This document shows, piece after piece, positions 59,011-64,000 of a stretch of 64,000 nt of DNA. Source of the stretch: Nitrospinales bacterium (GTDB lineage: Bacteria; Nitrospinota_A; UBA7883; JACRGQ01); the NCBI GenBank assembly GCA_023248535.1, contig JAHFEJ010000004.1, positions 3,012 to 67,011 on the forward strand. Reading direction: 5' to 3'. Position 1 is the first letter of the stretch, and each line of letters begins with the position of its first letter. Position numbers and translations under genes: made by a program. The notes beneath the pieces were generated by a model, which was not told where the DNA came from, made no database searches, and saw only the letters and a program-made list of their open reading frames with translations.

Positions 59011-60234
59011 TTAGAACACGTATTCGAGCATTACGATCATCTTGCTTTCGAACGGCTTCGCATCGCCGGAGGCGTTGCAGACGTCGATGGTCAGGTCGAC
59101 GTTCTGAGCAACCGCCCACCAGCCGCCGATGAAGGTGGCGGTGTAAGCATTGCGGGTAGCCGCGCCGTTGTCAAACGAACCGAAGCCAGCTTTCAAACCG
59201 GCATGGTGGGTGATGCCGAGTTCGGCGCCAACGCTGAAACCTTTGTTGTCTTTGCCGGTTGCGTTGTAGATCGACTGCGCATCGCTCTTGACGGTTGCGT
59301 AGTTGGCGATCACTTCCAGGCTCATGCCGGCAACCGGCATCTGGAGCTGGCCATCGACCATCATCGAGTCGGACGCAATTTCGGTGTCGGTGCCGGCCGC
59401 GGTGCCGGGGAAATTGCGGATCTTGGTTTTGCCGCTGGTCAAGGACACGCCAACCGCCAAGTCCATATCGCCGATCTTCGGGGTGATCGCGGCGCGGATG
59501 TAGTTGGAAAGGTTGAAGCCGACGTCGTAGTTACCACCGGTTGCGGTACCGCTGAAAGAGGATGCCGCCGGAGCAAAGAGGGAGACGTTCACGAAGAACA
59601 TGTCGCTGCCGGCGAAGAAGCCAAGGCCCTGCGCACCGTTGTTCCACGGACCGTTCATCGCGGCGCGGGGGTGCCACTGGGTGACTTCGTAACCGAACTG
59701 ATTCCGCTGGTTACCGGTCTGGAAGAGCTCCATACCGTACGCCGGGCCGGCATCAGCAGTCGAGAACACGGTCAAACCGCCGCGTACCCCGCCAAAGTCT
59801 TTGGAGAAGACGAACTTGTTGTTCGGCATATGGCCGTCGCCGGAGAATTCGTTCAACGCGCCCATGTTTTCGCCAACGCGGCCGCCGATCAGGATCGCCG
59901 CCTCGTCGGGGATGTTCCACTCGCCGTACTTTTTGCCGGTTGCTTCGGGGCTCTGGTTGACGAGGCGGATTTTCACGACCACCGCGGCGTTGAGAACCGG
60001 GGGAAGGGAAAGGCCGTCATCCTGGATAAGATCCTGCGCGGCCTGGGTAAAGCCGCCCAGTTTGAAATCGCGGCCGAAAGCGTTGAGCTTCGGGATGTGC
60101 TGGTAATGGCACGAGTAGCAGGGCACGCCGACCTGGCGCGCGAAGGCCGGAACGGCTTCCGCTTTGGTGGGGGCCACGATCGCGCCAACAAGGGCAACCG
60201 CCGCCGCAAGGAACAACATTGAAAACTTCTTCAT
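59011..60234 (-). CDS. Outer-membrane porin-like beta-barrel protein
   Basis: Signal peptide MKKFSMLFLAAAVALVGAIVAPTKAEA; ~380-aa mature region with alternating beta-strand character; C-terminal ...MIVMLEYVF (terminal Phe); own strong terminator. Confidence 0.65.
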   Translation of the reverse strand: MKKFSMLFLAAAVALVGAIVAPTKAEAVPAFARQVGVPCYSCHYQHIPKLNAFGRDFKLGGFTQAAQDLIQDDGLSLPPVLNAAVVVKIRLVNQSPEATGKKYGEWNIPDEAAILIGGRVGENMGALNEFSGDGHMPNNKFVFSKDFGGVRGGLTVFSTADAGPAYGMELFQTGNQRNQFGYEVTQWHPRAAMNGPWNNGAQGLGFFAGSDMFFVNVSLFAPAASSFSGTATGGNYDVGFNLSNYIRAAITPKIGDMDLAVGVSLTSGKTKIRNFPGTAAGTDTEIASDSMMVDGQLQMPVAGMSLEVIANYATVKSDAQSIYNATGKDNKGFSVGAELGITHHAGLKAGFGSFDNGAATRNAYTATFIGGWWAVAQNVDLTIDVCNASGDAKPFESKMIVMLEYVF

Positions 60235-60743
60235 TTAAAAACCTCCTCGAATAATTCCTGTCTAAGGATTAACCACTGTTTAATGCGCCTGTTTGTTCTT
60301 CAGTTTTCCGGCTGGCCCAGGCTTGCCGCACCGCAACAACGCCCACCTCCTTATTGCTTCAATTTTTTTTTACTGTTGCTTTTAAGGCTCCCTCTCCCTT
60401 TAACAATCGGCACACCGCGCTTGGCGCAACGTGCCAGTTGGTAACTAAACCGCAAACTTGAGCGATACTACCAAAATTACCAAGGCCCTGTCAACTTTTT
60501 AAGGGGCTTGCATAATCCAATCCGTTACCCAAAAGTGGCAGGCCGTTCAAAGGCTTTATTCCCCCCCGGGAATCAAAGCCAAGCCATCCGGGGCGGATAC
60601 CCGTTTTTGCGGCATCCGGCATGGGGATAAACTTCCCTTTTTCGTGCGCCCTCACCCCTTTAGGCCATGCACACGGGTGCAGTATACCGTAATTACCGTC
60701 AAAACCGCATGAAAAAACTTTGGGGTGGTTAAAGGGGGCAGCA

Positions 60744-60846
60744 AACCACAGAGCCACAAAGACACAGAGAAATCTGTTTAGTAAAGGCACAATAAAATAT
60801 GGCAAGAGGCTTGTTTTGCAACTCTGTGTCTCTGAGCCTCTGTGGT
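60744..60846. repeat. Long imperfect hairpin repeat, family B, copy 2
   Basis: AACCACAGAGCCACAAAGACACAGAGA ...loop... CTCTGTGTCTCTGAGCCTCTGTGGT; arms ~85% identical to copy 1 at 45563-45657. Confidence 0.5.
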
Positions 60847-60883
60847 CATATCCATACACAGAAATGCCGCAAGGCATGACCCC

Positions 60884-61040
60884 TCTTGGCGCTAACGCGC
60901 CAATGTACACAATGAATTGTGTACCTACCCGGAAAAGACCAGCCGGATGCTTGGTGGGTACCCAATTTATTGGGTACATCGGCCCGCAGGGCCGACTCTC
61001 TCTTGGCGCTGGCGCGGCAAATCGGCGACAGAGTGTCGCC
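60884..61040. repeat. REP-like palindrome cluster upstream of folC
   Basis: TTGGCGCTAACGCGCCAA, GTACACAATGAATTGTGTACC, GGTGGGTACCCAATTTATTGGGTAC, GGCCCGCAGGGCC, TTGGCGCTGGCGCGGCAA, GGCGACAGAGTGTCGCC. Confidence 0.55.
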
Positions 61041-61070
61041 GCTACCTGGGGGAGAGGGTATAGTACGGGG

Positions 61071-62315
61071 ATGTTTGAAGGGAAGGGCTACCGGCGGATA
61101 CTGGCGGAACTGTACGGGATGCAGCGGTTTGGCATACGCCCGGCGCTGGCCCCCACCGTGAAATTCCTGCGCGCGCTGGGAAACCCCCACAAGAAGCTCC
61201 GCTGTTTCCATGTGGCGGGCACCAACGGCAAAGGCTCGACCACCGCGATGACCGCCGCCTCGCTTGCGGCGGCGGGGTACAAAACCGGCGCGTATTACAG
61301 CCCGCATGTGAGCGATTTCCGCGAGCGGTTCCTGATAAACGGCGCGTTCGTCCCGCGAAAAGAGATTTATGAAACGCTGCGATGGATGGGGGAGGCTTAT
61401 GACGCGGCCCTGAAAGGGGGGGACGCCCCGCGATACCTCACCTTTTTCGAGTGGAGCACCGCGCTGGCCTTTTGCCTTTTCGCCCGCGCCAAGGTGGATG
61501 TGGCGGTGCTGGAAACGGGGATGGGGGGACGGTTCGACGCCACCAACGTGGTAAGGCCGGAGGTATCGGTCATCACCAACATTTCGCTGGAGCACACGGC
61601 GATACTGGGAACCAGCGTGGCGGAAATCGCGGCGGAAAAGGCGGGGATCATAAAAAAGGGCCGGCCGGTTGTCTGCTGCGGCACGGATGCGGCGGCGAAC
61701 CGGGTTATCGCGGCGGCGGCGCGGACGAAAAAATCGGCCGCGCTGTTCATCGGGCGGGATTTCACGGTATCGGGCCGTGGCCTGTTCACCGCCGCCGACG
61801 GTACGCGGCTGCGCCTCGCGCCCGCGATGCGCGGAACGTTCCAACTGCGCAATGCGGCGCTGGCCGCGCAGGCGTTGCTGGCCCAAGAACGGTTTGCGGT
61901 AACGCCGGAGCAGATCGAACGGGGCGTGGCGGCGGCGCGGCTGCCGGGGCGCTTCGAGATGGCGCGGCGCGGCGGCAAAACGGTCATCTACGATGTGGCG
62001 CACAACCCCGCCGCGATGAAGGAATTGGCCAAGAATCTGCGCGCCAGCGGAATAAAAAAATGCGCGTTCCTGCTGGGCATACTGGACGACAAGGATTTTT
62101 CCGCCATGCTGAAGATACTCAAGCCGCTGGCCACGGCGGTTTACTGCATCAAGCCGGACGCCAAGCGGGGGCTGGACGCCGGACGGCTGGCCGCCGCCGC
62201 GCGCACGATGGGGATCGACGCAGTTGCGGGCGCGCCGCGGACGCCGCCTTCCATACTCTGCGTGACCGGCAGCTTCACCACGGTGGAAGCGGGAAAGAAA
62301 CTCTTCGCGCGGTAG
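61071..62315 (+). CDS. folC: Bifunctional folylpolyglutamate synthase / dihydrofolate synthase
   Basis: Mur-ligase P-loop HVAGTNGKGSTTAM; FolC blocks (YYSPHVSDFRERF, GGRFDATNVV, TNISLEHT); start at ATG 61071 (the ORF call 60720 runs through repeats). Confidence 0.88.
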   Translation: MFEGKGYRRILAELYGMQRFGIRPALAPTVKFLRALGNPHKKLRCFHVAGTNGKGSTTAMTAASLAAAGYKTGAYYSPHVSDFRERFLINGAFVPRKEIYETLRWMGEAYDAALKGGDAPRYLTFFEWSTALAFCLFARAKVDVAVLETGMGGRFDATNVVRPEVSVITNISLEHTAILGTSVAEIAAEKAGIIKKGRPVVCCGTDAAANRVIAAAARTKKSAALFIGRDFTVSGRGLFTAADGTRLRLAPAMRGTFQLRNAALAAQALLAQERFAVTPEQIERGVAAARLPGRFEMARRGGKTVIYDVAHNPAAMKELAKNLRASGIKKCAFLLGILDDKDFSAMLKILKPLATAVYCIKPDAKRGLDAGRLAAAARTMGIDAVAGAPRTPPSILCVTGSFTTVEAGKKLFAR

Positions 62316-62346
62316 ATGCATTCCTGCCGCAAAATCCGCCTCCCTT

Positions 62347-62490
62347 TGTCATCCCGGCCTTGAGCCGGGATCCAGAAATATTTTCAAAGCTTTCTCCATC
62401 GGCCCGGTGGGCCGACACTCTTCAGCGGCAGGCGTGCCAATTTAAGAAAGCTTTGATAATGTGTCTGGATTCCCGCCTACGCGGGAATGA
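62347..62490. mobile_element. MITE-like element, family A, complete copy between the convergent folC and NHL-protein stops
   Basis: Left TIR GTCATCCCGGCCTTGAGCCGGGATCCAGAAATATTTTCAAAGCTTTC; right TIR GAAAGCTTTGATAATGTGTCTGGATTCCCGCCTACGCGGGAATGAC; short core with GGCCCGGTGGGCC. Confidence 0.65.
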
Positions 62491-62504
62491 CAGGGATGGG
62501 GAGA

Positions 62505-63422
62505 TCAGTAATCCAGCGAGGCGAGGCGGTGGGAGAGCGTAAGCGGAATGAGGATTTTGCGGTTTTTACGGTCGATAAAAAGCGAGCCGGGGGTTTTGAG
62601 CTTTTCCTTCAGCACCCGTTTCGGCCCCTGCCCCAGATCATCCATCCGCACCACCTTGCCGCGCGTGAAACTGACCGCATAGACGCGCCCATCACCGTCG
62701 ATATCCATGCCGACAAGGTTGCGGAAATCGGCCTTGATGAATTTCGGGTTCACTTTCCCCGCCATGTCGATGCCGCCGATGTAACCGTTGGCGAGGGTGA
62801 CAAGGAATTTATCCAGCTGCGGGCTGTAAGCGATGGCGCTGGGGGAATCGAGTTCCCTGCCGGTGGCAAAGACCGACACCTCGTTGTTATTCGCCGGGTC
62901 GATGATGAATATCTTCGAGCCGATGGTATCGCACACATAGATGCGCCCCTGGGGGCCGCGCGCCATATCGGCCAGGTATTTCGCCCCCTGCGGGGCGAGA
63001 TCGACCGAGGCCAGAAGCGCGCCGCTGTTCTTATCCGCCACCACCACACGGTCTATATCGGAGATGTACAGGCGGTCGCCGTCTATCAGCAGCCCCTTGG
63101 GGGCGTGAAGCTTGAAACCCCCTTTTCCCCCCTGGATGAATTTAAGCTCCGCCAGCGTGCCGTCCGGGTTGAGCCGGGTGATAAAACCGCGATTCCCCTT
63201 TGAGAGTTGGCGGCCGTTCAGATTGGCGATGAAATAGGTTCCGGCCGTTTCGTCCTTGATGAAGCCGCGGGGAAAGGAAAGCCCTTTGATGTGGAACTCG
63301 TCAGGCGCAGATACTGCCGGAACGGGGGACGGCTCCGATTTATCTTGACCCGCGCCGTGGGCGGACAGGGGCGTAAAAGCGAGGAATAATAACAGGAGGG
63401 CCGATTGCGCCCTTACTCCCAT
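62505..63422 (-). CDS. Secreted NHL-repeat (six-bladed beta-propeller) protein
   Basis: Signal peptide MGVRAQSALLLLFLAFTPLSAHGA; repeated blades of the form GRIYVCDTIGSKIFIIDP / DRLYISDIDRVVVADKNSG / GRVYAVSFTRGKVVRMD. Confidence 0.6.
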   Translation of the reverse strand: MGVRAQSALLLLFLAFTPLSAHGAGQDKSEPSPVPAVSAPDEFHIKGLSFPRGFIKDETAGTYFIANLNGRQLSKGNRGFITRLNPDGTLAELKFIQGGKGGFKLHAPKGLLIDGDRLYISDIDRVVVADKNSGALLASVDLAPQGAKYLADMARGPQGRIYVCDTIGSKIFIIDPANNNEVSVFATGRELDSPSAIAYSPQLDKFLVTLANGYIGGIDMAGKVNPKFIKADFRNLVGMDIDGDGRVYAVSFTRGKVVRMDDLGQGPKRVLKEKLKTPGSLFIDRKNRKILIPLTLSHRLASLDY

Positions 63423-63608
63423 ATGCCAAAATAGCCCACGCGGGTATCGGCGAACCGCGGCTCCGCCGGTTCCCGTTCCTGATCCGGGGCGGATGCGGCA
63501 AGCGCGAAGCCTCCCCGCATACGGATCTCCATTTCCAGCGCGTTCATTTCGCGGGTCAAATCCTTGAGGGCCATATCCATGTCCATGCATAACCTCCTGT
63601 ACATATCG

Positions 63609-63956
63609 CTATTCAAGGGCAAGTTCAATCTTTTTTCCGCCGGCGGCCGTCAGGGTGATGCCCGATTCGCCGATGGCGGCCACGCGGCAGCCGCCCAGGC
63701 GGCCGCCGATATTGAGCAGGACGCTTTCACCGCCGGGTTCGCGCAGCAGCGCAGCCCGCTTATCGGGGTCGTTGTGGAACACAATGCCGTCGAGCACGAA
63801 CACCGGCGCGGGGGCCGCCTGTACGCGATGGCGGACAGGCGGCTCGATCCCGGCTGGTTCTTTTCGGGTAACGGGGAAGGATAAATCGGGGCCGGCCGTT
63901 GTTCGGGGTGAAATCTCTCCTTTTTCACCCAGCGGTCCGGCCCCTTGCTCCTTCAT
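63609..63956 (-). CDS. Hypothetical protein
   Basis: 115-aa ORF near the window edge (window continues past 64000); no recognised domain. Confidence 0.2.
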   Translation of the reverse strand: MKEQGAGPLGEKGEISPRTTAGPDLSFPVTRKEPAGIEPPVRHRVQAAPAPVFVLDGIVFHNDPDKRAALLREPGGESVLLNIGGRLGGCRVAAIGESGITLTAAGGKKIELALE

Positions 63957-64000
63957 CGGATAGGTGGCGGCGTCAGGCGGCTCCTCGTGCGCGGATAGTT

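Noticed and set aside
63413-63628. 71-aa Met/Asp-rich ORF overlapping the NHL-protein start
   Set aside because: Overlaps the 5' end of a better-supported gene in another frame. No support beyond being open.

Overview
This is about 64 kb of high-GC (roughly 60-65%) chromosomal DNA from a flagellated, diderm bacterium. Outer-membrane beta-barrel proteins, a class I adenylate cyclase and sigma54-type flagellar promoters suggest a Proteobacteria-like lineage. No rRNA, tRNA or CRISPR was recognisable.

The core content is housekeeping and motility. It begins with a GT4 sugar-phosphate transferase and a DegT aminotransferase, followed by a giant orphan CheA, malic enzyme, tmk, dksA-like, rpoZ, a DUF1844 + fliN pair, and a 7TMR-DISM hybrid histidine kinase. 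An assimilatory sulfur cluster (ferredoxin-type small sulfite reductase, TusA, CysH-type APS reductase, TauE) sits behind a strikingly AT-rich 290-bp island. After ccdA, a GIY-YIG nuclease, a receiver-TPR regulator, cyaA, an M16 peptidase and a surface lipoprotein/OMP pair comes a long minus-strand operon: tkt(N)-tkt(C)-coaD-aminotransferase-thiO-thiS-thiG-thiD::thiE. Next is a divergent flagellar cluster, with fliJ-fliI-fliH-fliG-fliF-flgC-flgB on the minus strand (no fliE) and fliK-flgD-flgE on the plus strand. The window ends with rel/spoT, a cupin, secA, type II topoisomerase A and B subunits, a porin, folC and an NHL propeller protein.

Superimposed on this is an unusually dense population of small structured repeats:
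- a REPtron, i.e. a RAYT/IS200-like Y1 transposase flanked on both sides by REP palindrome arrays, including a 4-copy, ~102-bp tandem array;
- dispersed REP clusters at gene 3' ends;
- a MITE-like family (~145-175 bp) with ~45-bp hairpin-forming terminal inverted repeats that show compensatory base changes, inserted between convergent genes;
- a second long-hairpin repeat family with two copies;
- a repeat-bounded accessory hotspot between flgE and rel carrying a higB/higA toxin-antitoxin pair and a low-GC two-gene cassette.

The thiD-thiE fusion is interrupted by a single in-frame TAG at a conserved position.

Coordinates of repeats and regulatory sites were read by eye and may be off by a few bases.
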